The position numbers were made by a program, and so were the translations under genes. The notes under the pieces are model-generated. The model did not search any database. It saw only the letters and a list, made by a program, of their open reading frames with translations, and was not told the origin of the DNA. Positions 26,730 through 33,712 of a DNA stretch of 43,313 nucleotides are shown one piece after another. The stretch lies in IMG/VR virus record IMGVR_UViG_3300044499_000010. One strand, given 5' to 3'. How positions within the stretch are numbered: the stretch's first letter is position 1; each line of letters opens with the position of its first letter. The DNA is from a virus.

Positions 26730-26917
26730 TGTGGCTGCTGGTTATCATGTTCCTAGGGCCAGAAATCTTCACGCAGCAGGAGCTGTATCGGTATGAAACG
26801 ATCGAAGCGTGCCAGGTCGAACGGGCGCGCATCGGCTTCGAGATGGCTGAATCGTACCCGGAAGCAGGCTTTCGCATCGTGTGCGTGAAGCAGCGGACGC
26901 CACAGGAGGCAGCCTAA
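26726..26917 (+). CDS. Small membrane protein
   Basis: 63 aa, ATGA overlap, N-terminal hydrophobic segment MMWLLVIMFLG. Confidence 0.4.
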   Translation: MMWLLVIMFLGPEIFTQQELYRYETIEACQVERARIGFEMAESYPEAGFRIVCVKQRTPQEAA

Positions 26918-27264
26918 TGAGCGATGAAGAAGTCAAAGCGACGGTCTTTGGGACGCCGGTCGCTATTAAGGGCATTGCGGCACTCGTCGTCGTGGTGCTG
27001 GCCGCCGCCTTGGGCGGGTTGATTTATCTGCTCTTGACCGTCAACGCGAGCGAGCACAGGCAGCAATCGATCCAGCAGATGCAGGAGCACCAGGCGTTCG
27101 TCGAGACGCTCAAGGAGATCAACCACACGAACGAGAAAATTCAGGATGCCGTGGACGAGAACAGTTATATGGTACTGGCGGACGAGAAGGAACGCCAAGC
27201 CATCAAGGCGAAGTTAGGGCGACCATCGAGTTTGAGCAGGAAGCTCAGGGCAGAGACCGAGTAA
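26917..27264 (+). CDS. Type II membrane protein with coiled-coil ectodomain (i-spanin-like candidate)
   Basis: TAATG overlap, with AGGAGG upstream. TM helix IAALVVVVLAAALGGLIYLLLTV is followed by a Q/E-rich helical region. Confidence 0.45.
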   Translation: MSDEEVKATVFGTPVAIKGIAALVVVVLAAALGGLIYLLLTVNASEHRQQSIQQMQEHQAFVETLKEINHTNEKIQDAVDENSYMVLADEKERQAIKAKLGRPSSLSRKLRAETE

Positions 27265-27283
27265 TTAACCAAGGGAGGATGGC

Positions 27284-27496
27284 ATGCGACAGATTCTTGA
27301 TTTTCTCGTCGGAAAGAAAACCTATGTGATGATTGGGGTAGACGCGCTTGATCAACTAGGGATCGCGCTCGGCTGGTGGGAGGAAGCAAAGATTCGCACC
27401 ATCGTTGAGTTCGTGTTGACGGCGGGCTTCCTGCGGGCCGGGATCAATACCAGTGCGCCCGTACCGATTCCGTTTATTTCAAAAGGGAAATTGTAG
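27284..27496 (+). CDS. Small hydrophobic protein (holin-like candidate)
   Basis: 70 aa, RBS GGGAGGA. Hydrophobic stretches: YVMIGVDALDQLGIALGWW and IVEFVLTAGFL. Confidence 0.4.
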   Translation: MRQILDFLVGKKTYVMIGVDALDQLGIALGWWEEAKIRTIVEFVLTAGFLRAGINTSAPVPIPFISKGKL

Positions 27497-27498
27497 GG

Positions 27499-27717
27499 AT
27501 GCCAGGTGAACTGCAAGGCCTGGGCCTGGTCGCCCAACTCTTGAACTCGCTCTTTACTTGGGCCACGGGGCCGGATGGGTGGGAGCAACTCAGCATCGAG
27601 CGAAAGGTGCAGGTGATACATGCAGGCATTCAAGTGGCTCAGGCAAAGGGCGAAACTGCTGCTGTGGACGCTCTGTTTGCTGAGTATCGTGAGCTGTCGA
27701 AGCGGGTCGGTACTTAA
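27499..27717 (+). CDS. Hypothetical protein (72 aa), overlapped by the next gene
   Basis: ORF directly after the previous gene. Its 3' 98 nt are shared out of frame with the lipoprotein gene 27620..27841. Confidence 0.4.
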   Translation: MPGELQGLGLVAQLLNSLFTWATGPDGWEQLSIERKVQVIHAGIQVAQAKGETAAVDALFAEYRELSKRVGT

Positions 27718-27841
27718 AAGCCTAGAGGTCGATGCGACCTCGAAGGGAGCGAGCACGAAGTTCGTGCTGGAGCATTCCGACTTGTATGCGGAAAATATCC
27801 GGCTCAAGCAGGCGTTAGAGATTTGCCAAAAGAAGAAGTAG
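27620..27841 (+). CDS. Small lipoprotein (o-spanin-like candidate)
   Basis: MQAFKWLRQRAKLLLWTLCLLSIVSC contains the lipobox I-V-S-C. The mature part is about 48 aa with a second Cys near the C-terminus. It is the last gene of the plus-strand operon. Confidence 0.5.
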   Translation: MQAFKWLRQRAKLLLWTLCLLSIVSCRSGSVLKSLEVDATSKGASTKFVLEHSDLYAENIRLKQALEICQKKK

Positions 27842-27911
27842 CCGCCTACCGCGTCAATCGGGCGTGCTTGCGCGGGGTGGTGGCGCGGTTGAAGGCCGCG
27901 TACAAAGAGTA

Positions 27912-28049
27912 GCTAGGGCTGGATGTACCGCCAACGTTTGGTCTTGGTCATCAGGTTGCGCTTCTGCCAGACTCCGTTGATGAAGCGATATTGAAAGCCT
28001 CTCACCATCACGGCGTTCTTGGAACGCCAAACGATAGTCCGTTTCGTCA
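27912..28049 (-). CDS. Possible 45-aa very basic ORF in the convergence zone
   Basis: GTG start with a weak RBS. VTKRTIVWRSKNAVMVRGFQYRFINGVWQKRNLMTKTKRWRYIQP. It ends in the same GTAGCTAGGG context as the upstream gene. Confidence 0.2.
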
Positions 28050-28109
28050 CTGTAGTCCCATTTTTACAGGCTCAGGCACGCCCTGAAGCTGGCGCAGGAG
28101 GAGCGGTAG

Positions 28110-28259
28110 CTAGGGCCTCAGATAGCGCCACAGGGCATAGAGGGCCGAGGCGGGCAGGCCAATCACGATGCCCCAGACCATAAGCTGCAACAGCGTCCAC
28201 ACGATGCGCGTACCAGCATACTGCAAGGCGCGATCCGCGAAGTCAACTAGCGCGTCCAT
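28110..28259 (-). CDS. Small membrane protein (49 aa)
   Basis: Not in the ORF track. MDALVDFADRALQYAGTRIVWTLLQLMVWGIVIGLPASALYALWRYLRP has one TM helix. Its ATG overlaps the end of the upstream small ORF. Confidence 0.45.
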   Translation of the reverse strand: MDALVDFADRALQYAGTRIVWTLLQLMVWGIVIGLPASALYALWRYLRP

Positions 28260-28417
28260 GTAAATCTCCCCAGGAAGAGACTCCACGCCCCCACCAGCAG
28301 CGTCCAGGCGCCGAGGAGTAGGAACAGGAGCGAGTCGATCGCCCCGGTCCCGTGATTACGACGGGGCAGTTGGTCATTGAGGAGGCTGAATAGGGTGGGG
28401 TGTTTGATTGTGGCCAT
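28247..28417 (-). CDS. Small membrane protein (56 aa)
   Basis: Not in the ORF track. RBS AGGAGA is 7 nt upstream. MATIKHPTLFSLLNDQLPRRNHGTGAIDSLLFLLLGAWTLLVGAWSLFLGRFTWTR. Preferred over the 114-aa ORF 28243..28587, which is in another frame. Confidence 0.45.
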   Translation of the reverse strand: MATIKHPTLFSLLNDQLPRRNHGTGAIDSLLFLLLGAWTLLVGAWSLFLGRFTWTR

Positions 28418-28464
28418 GATGGATCTCCTATGAAGCAGTAGGCGCCTGAGTGCTCGTATGCGTC

Positions 28465-28488
28465 AACCCCCCTCACACGAGGGGGGTT
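28465..28488. other. Perfect 10-bp GC-rich hairpin (AACCCCCCTC-ACAC-GAGGGGGGTT)
   Basis: Read directly. It overlaps the stop codon of the minus-strand gene 28487..28900, and no U-tract follows on either strand. Confidence 0.8.
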
Positions 28489-28900
28489 AGGGGGTCCGCC
28501 AGCACTGCGCCTTGGCGGCGGTCCATTGCTCCAAGGCATCCCATGCTCCCTTGGGCCATAATTCTCCGTGCAGCCGATCAACGCCACGCAGAGTCAGGCC
28601 AGGAACACTTTCCATAAGAAACGGCTCCATCGCCCGCATCGCGGCCTCCATGGTGGCGAGGCAGTCTGGTGTATGAGCCTGAACGTACTCACGATCAATC
28701 GCAAACCGCTTGATTTGTGGATACGCTATGGCCGCACTCACTATCGCCCGACCAAGTTGTTCCTGGTCGCTGCCAGCTATAATAAACCCAATGCCCCCGT
28801 CAACTCCGCTTATCCTCCAATTCCAAAACTGTGCAGGCTCCTCCCCCGCCCCCGCCTCCACGGCGACCAGCAGCAGGGCGAGGCATAGGAGGGATTTCAT
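28487..28900 (-). CDS. Secreted hypothetical protein (Sec signal peptide)
   Basis: RBS GAGGAGG. MKSLLCLALLLVAVEAGAGEEP is a signal-like N-terminus. 137 aa. Confidence 0.55.
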   Translation of the reverse strand: MKSLLCLALLLVAVEAGAGEEPAQFWNWRISGVDGGIGFIIAGSDQEQLGRAIVSAAIAYPQIKRFAIDREYVQAHTPDCLATMEAAMRAMEPFLMESVPGLTLRGVDRLHGELWPKGAWDALEQWTAAKAQCWRTP

Positions 28901-28910
28901 GGGGGCCTCC

Positions 28911-29126
28911 TCACTTCATTGTTCTACTGACTCGATAGGCTTCATCGAGTTGGGATTTGACTGTCTCGATAGATTCTGCGGTTGACAGCGTCGGCCAAGC
29001 GCCATTGATACAGACACCGTTCCGTGATGCAGAAATCTCAGGCCGATTCACCCACCCAGTTTTACAGGTCCACCTAACTACCAATCCATCCATAATCGTT
29101 GGTGTCTCATTCCGTTCAAATAACAT
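28911..29126 (-). CDS. Hypothetical protein (71 aa)
   Basis: Start trimmed to MLFERNETPT..., which has GGAGGAGG upstream. The longer listed ORF would overlap the upstream gene extensively. Confidence 0.45.
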   Translation of the reverse strand: MLFERNETPTIMDGLVVRWTCKTGWVNRPEISASRNGVCINGAWPTLSTAESIETVKSQLDEAYRVSRTMK

Positions 29127-29640
29127 CTTCCTCCTCCTTCCCCGCCAGCGCGGCTTTAACTGTGGCTTCAATGGCATTGAGTCGTTGGATACACACCACT
29201 TTATCCATATCGGCTGGTGCAAAAGCGAGTACGCGGTTCAGCGCCCCCTCCAGCTCGGTGACGCGGGCCTGGAGGGTGTCTCGTTGATGTATGAGATCAG
29301 TAACATGCCGCCCTGGATTCTCTACATGGATAGCCGTGAGCTTCAGCGGTTTCAACGCCTCAAAGAATGAGCCGGTAAGCTGTAGGCCAACGTCCATTTG
29401 GCCCTTATAGTCATCCCGCTCCCGCGTCACCGTCTCCAGCGCGGTGCGGTGGGCGGCAGTAATAGTATCCAGTTCTACGACTCTAATAAATGTGAGTTTC
29501 AGTTGTTCCGTGGTAGCCTCAAGCTGGGTGCGGAGGGCGGCGTAGTCGGTAGCTAGGACACATTCGACTAAATGGTGGGCGACTGTGCGATCGGGCCCGT
29601 ACTCTGTTCGCAGCGCCTTGAACCGCTTCACGTCGCTCAT
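29116..29640 (-). CDS. Hypothetical coiled-coil protein (174 aa)
   Basis: The start at MSDVKRFK has an ATGA overlap with the upstream Zn-ribbon ORF. The protein is helical and Leu/Glu-rich. Confidence 0.5.
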   Translation of the reverse strand: MSDVKRFKALRTEYGPDRTVAHHLVECVLATDYAALRTQLEATTEQLKLTFIRVVELDTITAAHRTALETVTRERDDYKGQMDVGLQLTGSFFEALKPLKLTAIHVENPGRHVTDLIHQRDTLQARVTELEGALNRVLAFAPADMDKVVCIQRLNAIEATVKAALAGKEEEDVI

Positions 29641-29792
29641 CGTAACACCTTGTAGGGAGTCAGCAAGGCCTCTGTACATGCGTCACACAACCACAGCCGC
29701 ATAGTGCTGTCGCCAAAATGCTCAAAGCGGTAGGTCGGGAGTTGCTGGTGGCATCGATCACAGCCGATGCGTTGGCGCTCCACGTCGCTCAT
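29637..29792 (-). CDS. Small zinc-ribbon protein (51 aa)
   Basis: Not in the ORF track. RBS GGAGGA. MSDVERQRIGCDRCHQQLPTYRFEHFGDSTMRLWLCDACTEALLTPYKVLR has a CxxC...CxxC pattern. Confidence 0.5.
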   Translation of the reverse strand: MSDVERQRIGCDRCHQQLPTYRFEHFGDSTMRLWLCDACTEALLTPYKVLR

Positions 29793-29800
29793 GCGTCCTC

Positions 29801-29974
29801 CTACCAACTCTCGCTCGCGGTTGCGGGATAACGTGCGTCTAGAAACACCGCATATTCCCCAGACGCGGTTGGTGGCAGCATCACCCCATACACATAGACT
29901 TTCTTCCCGTCTCGTCCAGCCGTATTCGCTAGGTGAATCAGTAAGGCGTAGGCCTCACGCTCGGTTTGCATCAT
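29801..29974 (-). CDS. Hypothetical protein (57 aa)
   Basis: The start MMQTEREAY has an ATGA overlap with the upstream gene and GAAGGAGA upstream. Confidence 0.45.
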   Translation of the reverse strand: MMQTEREAYALLIHLANTAGRDGKKVYVYGVMLPPTASGEYAVFLDARYPATASESW

Positions 29975-30264
29975 TTCTCCTTCCTCGGCTCCCGGTGCAG
30001 GGCGGCCTGGGTACGGCATGTACTGGCAATGTTAGTACAGGCTTCACGTTGAGCACGAAAGGCATTGCCGTGTAAGATGGGGCGAGCACCTTCTGCTATC
30101 TTCGCTGCCTCCTCCAACCCCTCGGCACTGGCCTCACGCAGCGCGGCGTCGATGATCGTTTCGATATGATCGCTCGTGCCGTATGGTAGCAACGGCAAAA
30201 AGTTCATTATTTGAGCTGTCAGCGCCCGCGCCCGCTCGATCTGCTGGGGAGTGAGGGTGGTCAT
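29971..30264 (-). CDS. Hypothetical protein (97 aa)
   Basis: The start MTTLTPQQIERARAL has an ATGA overlap with the upstream gene. Confidence 0.45.
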   Translation of the reverse strand: MTTLTPQQIERARALTAQIMNFLPLLPYGTSDHIETIIDAALREASAEGLEEAAKIAEGARPILHGNAFRAQREACTNIASTCRTQAALHREPRKEK

Positions 30265-30458
30265 GGCTTGTCCTTTCGGCGCACGGCTCCACGGAGCGAC
30301 CGCCACGGGATTGTGGCTTGCAGCGTGTCAGCGAGCAGGCGGCCATTCGCGTCACGGCATTCCATGACAACGCAAATGCCTTTTTCATCTTCATACCACC
30401 ACGCTGACTCAGTGCCGCGAATAGGATGCGGCTCTAACTGTAAATGTGTGTCACTCAT
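30261..30458 (-). CDS. Hypothetical protein (65 aa)
   Basis: The start MSDTHLQLEPHPIRG has an ATGA overlap and a G-rich RBS. Confidence 0.45.
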   Translation of the reverse strand: MSDTHLQLEPHPIRGTESAWWYEDEKGICVVMECRDANGRLLADTLQATIPWRSLRGAVRRKDKP

Positions 30459-30703
30459 CGCTCCCCCCTCACCGCCTTCAGCAGGTCGTCGCGGCTGATC
30501 CATTCGCCGTCATTTCTAAACCACATTGCCCCACCTTGTGGTCCTGGCTTAAACCGTGGTTGTGCTTCGATCACCCGCACCACCAGCCGATGCTCACGCA
30601 ACATGAGATTCACCGCATCCTCGCATGAAATCAGTGAGTAGGACTTGTACCCGTGGTCTAAGCCTTTTCCTACCATCTTCTCCACCCGCGCCTTGTAGGT
30701 CAT
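30455..30703 (-). CDS. Hypothetical protein (82 aa)
   Basis: The start MTYKARVEKMVGKG has RBS AAGGAGA and an ATGA overlap with the upstream gene. Confidence 0.45.
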   Translation of the reverse strand: MTYKARVEKMVGKGLDHGYKSYSLISCEDAVNLMLREHRLVVRVIEAQPRFKPGPQGGAMWFRNDGEWISRDDLLKAVRGER

Positions 30704-30861
30704 GGCGTCTCCTTGTACCCGCGCAAGCGCCATTCAGCGTCATAGAGTTCTTTTAATGGACTTTTCTTGATCTCCATTCTGATCTCGATAATAATGCCTT
30801 TGTATTCACCAAACTGAACGAAATCTACTAGGCTGGCAGGCCGCAGGCAATCATTATTCAT
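30700..30861 (-). CDS. Hypothetical protein (53 aa)
   Basis: The start MNNDCLRPASLVDF has RBS GGAGGAGG. Confidence 0.4.
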   Translation of the reverse strand: MNNDCLRPASLVDFVQFGEYKGIIIEIRMEIKKSPLKELYDAEWRLRGYKETP

Positions 30862-30922
30862 AGCCTCCTCCGTGCGTCCCCCGCGCCCCGCCAGGGGGGT
30901 TAAGGGTGCGCCCGATGTCTCG

Positions 30923-31339
30923 TTACGCATCTTCCTCCATGTCTATATGGCCGCCGGCGTGGACAGCCATGAGTTTCTGCCCGCAATTACCATAGCTAGC
31001 AACCCACAGCGGCGTCAGGGCACCCATCATGTAGTCACCACCCTTGTATCCGGTGAACACCTGGCCCATCGCGGCCTGACATTGAGCGAGTAACTCGGCA
31101 GCCGGTCGCATGCCATCGCCTTGCACAAAATACAGATCGCTGTAATAGCCTCGGTAGCTGTCAGGATCGCGCAGATTGGCCACCTGCGTCCCGTCCGGCA
31201 TCACCTTCAGCGCCTCGATCAGTGCTCCGAGGGTCAGTTGTGTGGCCGCCCGTTCGCGTTGCCATTGCAGGCCCAGGCCGTCAACAAGTGCTTGCATGTT
31301 TATCTGTGTATTCTCGCTCATCATTTCCTTCTTGCTCAT
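30923..31339 (-). CDS. Hypothetical protein (138 aa)
   Basis: Full listed ORF in the early operon. No motif recognised. Confidence 0.5.
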   Translation of the reverse strand: MSKKEMMSENTQINMQALVDGLGLQWQRERAATQLTLGALIEALKVMPDGTQVANLRDPDSYRGYYSDLYFVQGDGMRPAAELLAQCQAAMGQVFTGYKGGDYMMGALTPLWVASYGNCGQKLMAVHAGGHIDMEEDA

Positions 31340-31342
31340 CGC

Positions 31343-31510
31343 TCATCGTAACACCAGATCTCTCCCCGCCTGTCGATAGTCCTCAATCCGCATCGGCACC
31401 AGCCGAAAGAACGTCCGCGCCACCTTCCGCACCGCCATGGTGTTCGTGCGCTTGACGCGGTTGCGGTGAAACATTTGCTCTTCAGGGGTTAAAGATTGGT
31501 AGTAGCGCAT
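31343..31510 (-). CDS. Small basic protein, MRYY-family paralog C (55 aa)
   Basis: Not in the ORF track. MRYYQSLTPEEQMFHRNRVKRTNTMAVRKVARTFFRLVPMRIEDYRQAGRDLVLR. TGATG overlap with the upstream gene. Confidence 0.45.
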   Translation of the reverse strand: MRYYQSLTPEEQMFHRNRVKRTNTMAVRKVARTFFRLVPMRIEDYRQAGRDLVLR

Positions 31511-31905
31511 CACGCCCCCTCCGTGGCCTTCAGCGCGGCGAGACAGATCGCCAATGTAGTGGAACTGTCCGTAGCTGATTCATCACTTCGATCTTGAGGA
31601 CCTAAATAAAATGACGCGATCGATAACTTGCTGTCGGCTGATTTCAGTAACAGGAAATGAAACCCAGATGCTGTAAGCTGCTCCACCACTCGCCACGCCG
31701 CCGCAAGATCAGTCGAATAGGACGCAGGTTCATCGGCATGACGGTCTGGATACGGGCGCATTGAACAATTATCTTTCACGCACCCCTTCATCTGATTGTC
31801 TACAATCGGCCAGCCGCAGATGCGACAGCGTGCCTCATCCCACTTGCGCCCCATCACCTTCTCCGCGACCAGCGCGTCCAGCTTGCGTCCAGCGTTGTGC
31901 GTCAT
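31510..31905 (-). CDS. Phage ABA-sandwich-domain-like protein (131 aa)
   Basis: MTHNAGRKLDALVAEKVMGRKW...YSTDLAAAWRVVEQL...LAICLAALKA matches my memory of the Phage_ABA_S family signature. RBS GAAGGAGG. Confidence 0.45.
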   Translation of the reverse strand: MTHNAGRKLDALVAEKVMGRKWDEARCRICGWPIVDNQMKGCVKDNCSMRPYPDRHADEPASYSTDLAAAWRVVEQLTASGFHFLLLKSADSKLSIASFYLGPQDRSDESATDSSTTLAICLAALKATEGA

Positions 31906-31943
31906 GTTGCCTCCTTCATCATCAGCGAGGAGTAGTAGCGCAT
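31902..31943 (-). CDS. Truncated MRYY-family mini-ORF B (13 aa)
   Basis: MRYYSSLMMKEAT. The ATGCGCTACTAC start is shared with paralogs A and C. Its stop overlaps the next ATG (ATGA), and its 3' end supplies that gene's RBS (GAAGGAGG). Confidence 0.3.
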   Translation of the reverse strand: MRYYSSLMMKEAT

Positions 31944-31946
31944 GTG

Positions 31947-32408
31947 TCACCATCCCTTTAATAACGGTTGCATCTTGCCGGACTTGTAGGCGTCCTCGAT
32001 CATCGGCAGCGTATGCTCGGAGACGGTCTTGCCGTCTGGCATGAGGATATGGGCCATGAACTCATCCTCGAAGGTGGTGATTCCCGTGTTCACCGCTTCA
32101 AGTTTTGCCTTGACAACCAAGGCCAAGGCTCGCCAGCGCCGACGTACTTCCTGGTCGTAGACCTGCTTCGCAGATTCGGCAGATCGCAGCAGATGCGTGT
32201 GGTTCTTCTGATGCGTGAACTGCTGGTCTTTTGGATTGGGCATCTTCAGCGTGAAGCGCACGAACCGCCCGCTTGCGCGAAACTGAACCCGCGCCTCTTG
32301 CTCCTTCCACCCTGACACAAACTGATCGGCCCCATACTTCTGCAGCATCCCTTCGATCTCAGCTTTCGAGCGTTCGACAGGAACACTGGTGCCTTCGGCG
32401 TAACTCAT
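31947..32408 (-). CDS. Hypothetical conserved phage protein (153 aa)
   Basis: The start MSYAEGTSVP has RBS GGAGGAAAGC. The RRWRALALVVKAKLEAVNTGITTFEDEFMAHILMPDG motif looks like a recurrent phage early-protein family that I cannot name. Confidence 0.5.
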   Translation of the reverse strand: MSYAEGTSVPVERSKAEIEGMLQKYGADQFVSGWKEQEARVQFRASGRFVRFTLKMPNPKDQQFTHQKNHTHLLRSAESAKQVYDQEVRRRWRALALVVKAKLEAVNTGITTFEDEFMAHILMPDGKTVSEHTLPMIEDAYKSGKMQPLLKGW

Positions 32409-32488
32409 GCTTTCCTCCATTCCCTGGCAAACACCGCCAGATGATGCAGCACTTGCTCTTCGGGCGTCAGCGATGGGTAGTAGCGCAT
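32405..32488 (-). CDS. MRYY-family paralog A (27 aa)
   Basis: MRYYPSLTPEEQVLHHLAVFAREWRKA. RBS GGAGGA. Its stop overlaps the next ATG (ATGA). Confidence 0.4.
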   Translation of the reverse strand: MRYYPSLTPEEQVLHHLAVFAREWRKA

Positions 32489-32498
32489 GGGGTCCTCC

Positions 32499-32975
32499 TC
32501 AGATATATTCTCCGTCGAATCCTCCACCTTTCTTCATCCACACCAAGCGCCACACGAAACAGGGGAACAGCGCCGCCGCAATCTTCAGGCGCGTCATGCC
32601 GTCGCGGCGGTTTTTGCTCCAGCCCTTCACCTCGATCAGTTCAAGCGCGGCATAATACTCAGCCGGAGCGACATATTGCACCATGAAATCAGGCTTGTAT
32701 CGCACCTTGCCGGGGAGCCACAGCGAGAAGGGTTCGTACCACCACTGCTTGATGATTCCAGCCCGCTGCTCTAGATCCAGTTTGTTCGCGTAGGCGGCTT
32801 CCCACTTTGAGCGGTACAGGGGGCGGCTTGTGGGGTCGGCTGTCCGCCCCGCTACGTCGGTCTTTCGATCCCCTCCAGACGTACCGCCCGGCGTGGCTTC
32901 ACCGCGCTGTGCGCCCCGCACCTTGTCCTCATACACCCGCAGCTCGTCCTCGCTGATCCGGCTATAACGGCTCAT
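32499..32975 (-). CDS. PD-(D/E)XK nuclease, DUF1064-like (possible Holliday-junction resolvase)
   Basis: YRSKWEAAYANKLDLEQRAGIIKQW...RYKPDFMV...LELIEVKG gives the D...E-x-K arrangement typical of DUF1064 and RecU-like phage nucleases. Confidence 0.5.
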   Translation of the reverse strand: MSRYSRISEDELRVYEDKVRGAQRGEATPGGTSGGDRKTDVAGRTADPTSRPLYRSKWEAAYANKLDLEQRAGIIKQWWYEPFSLWLPGKVRYKPDFMVQYVAPAEYYAALELIEVKGWSKNRRDGMTRLKIAAALFPCFVWRLVWMKKGGGFDGEYI

Positions 32976-33345
32976 AAAAAATCACCACCATGCTGGGGAA
33001 AGGGGCACCATTCTTTGAATCGCCAAATTTCAACCGTCCCTTGATGAATCGAATCTCGCTCGCCTTCAAACAAAATTCATGAAACCACTTCGTATCAGTG
33101 CGGGCTGGCAACAGATAGACGGCACAATCCGCTTCCCATGCCTTCCTCAAATACTTCTGAATCTCTGGTCCGTATGGCGGGTTGCAGAACACGCGCTCGC
33201 CTGTCCAGGCCCGCATGCAATCGAGCGTGGCCGTGTTGAGTGGACAGGGATCGAGCGTGAAATGAAACTCGTGGTCGAGTTGTACATAGAGAGCGCTTGG
33301 CGTGGCCCAATGCGGAGAGAGTGCGCTGAACATGACACGATTCAT
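32962..33345 (-). CDS. dam: DNA N6-adenine methyltransferase (phage Dam family)
   Basis: WATPSALYVQLDHEFHFTLDPC, and the catalytic NPPY in VFCNPPYG. The 127-aa size is typical of the phage N6_N4/Dam PF05869-type family. Confidence 0.8.
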   Translation of the reverse strand: MNRVMFSALSPHWATPSALYVQLDHEFHFTLDPCPLNTATLDCMRAWTGERVFCNPPYGPEIQKYLRKAWEADCAVYLLPARTDTKWFHEFCLKASEIRFIKGRLKFGDSKNGAPFPSMVVIFYEPL

Positions 33346-33665
33346 TTCAGGAATTCCAAGAGTTTCTTCATGTCATAGAAGATTGGCAACCCACGATAGG
33401 CTGCGCGAATTTCTTCTGCCTCTGATCCCGGACTGTCTCCTGGTAAACGAAAGAAATAATCGCACGCATCAATCCACGCAAGATCCAACTCAGTCCAGGT
33501 CGCATAGGATTGTGGTTCAAGTAGGTGCATGAAGTGGTACAGGTGTGGAACAAACGGCGCATGGCCAGCCTTCGCGATCGCGAGGCCCGCAGTCATAGCG
33601 TTTCTGACGTTGACTGCGACATCGCCAGAGGTATAAGGACCAGCAATATAAATTCGCTTCATCAA
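33342..33665 (-). CDS. DUF4406 / nucleoside 2-deoxyribosyltransferase-like protein
   Basis: MMKRIYIAGPYTSG...NVRNAM...PFVPH...DLAWIDACDYFFRLPG...SPGSEAEE matches the DUF4406 pattern. Confidence 0.55.
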   Translation of the reverse strand: MMKRIYIAGPYTSGDVAVNVRNAMTAGLAIAKAGHAPFVPHLYHFMHLLEPQSYATWTELDLAWIDACDYFFRLPGDSPGSEAEEIRAAYRGLPIFYDMKKLLEFLK

Positions 33666-33712
33666 TCGTCCTTATATGGCACGCTCGCCAAGCCGCTCGT
33701 ATATCACCTTGC

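Noticed and set aside
27842-27913. In-frame 23-codon open extension after the TAG stop of the lipoprotein gene (possible readthrough)
   Set aside because: It is short enough to be chance in GC-rich DNA. I recognise no context for programmed readthrough, and it would append a basic helix to a lipoprotein with no obvious rationale.
28243-28587. 114-aa minus-strand ORF across the hairpin region
   Set aside because: It is Pro/Gly/Arg-rich, overlaps the 3' end of the signal-peptide gene, and spans the hairpin and intergenic RBS. The 56-aa TM ORF in another frame, with an AGGAGA RBS, is the better explanation.
29626-29792. Duplicate ATGAGCGACGTG (MSDV) starts of two adjacent genes as a repeat element
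   Set aside because: Only 12 nt are identical and the downstream sequences diverge immediately. This is likely coincidence or a minor local duplication, not a mobile or regulatory repeat.
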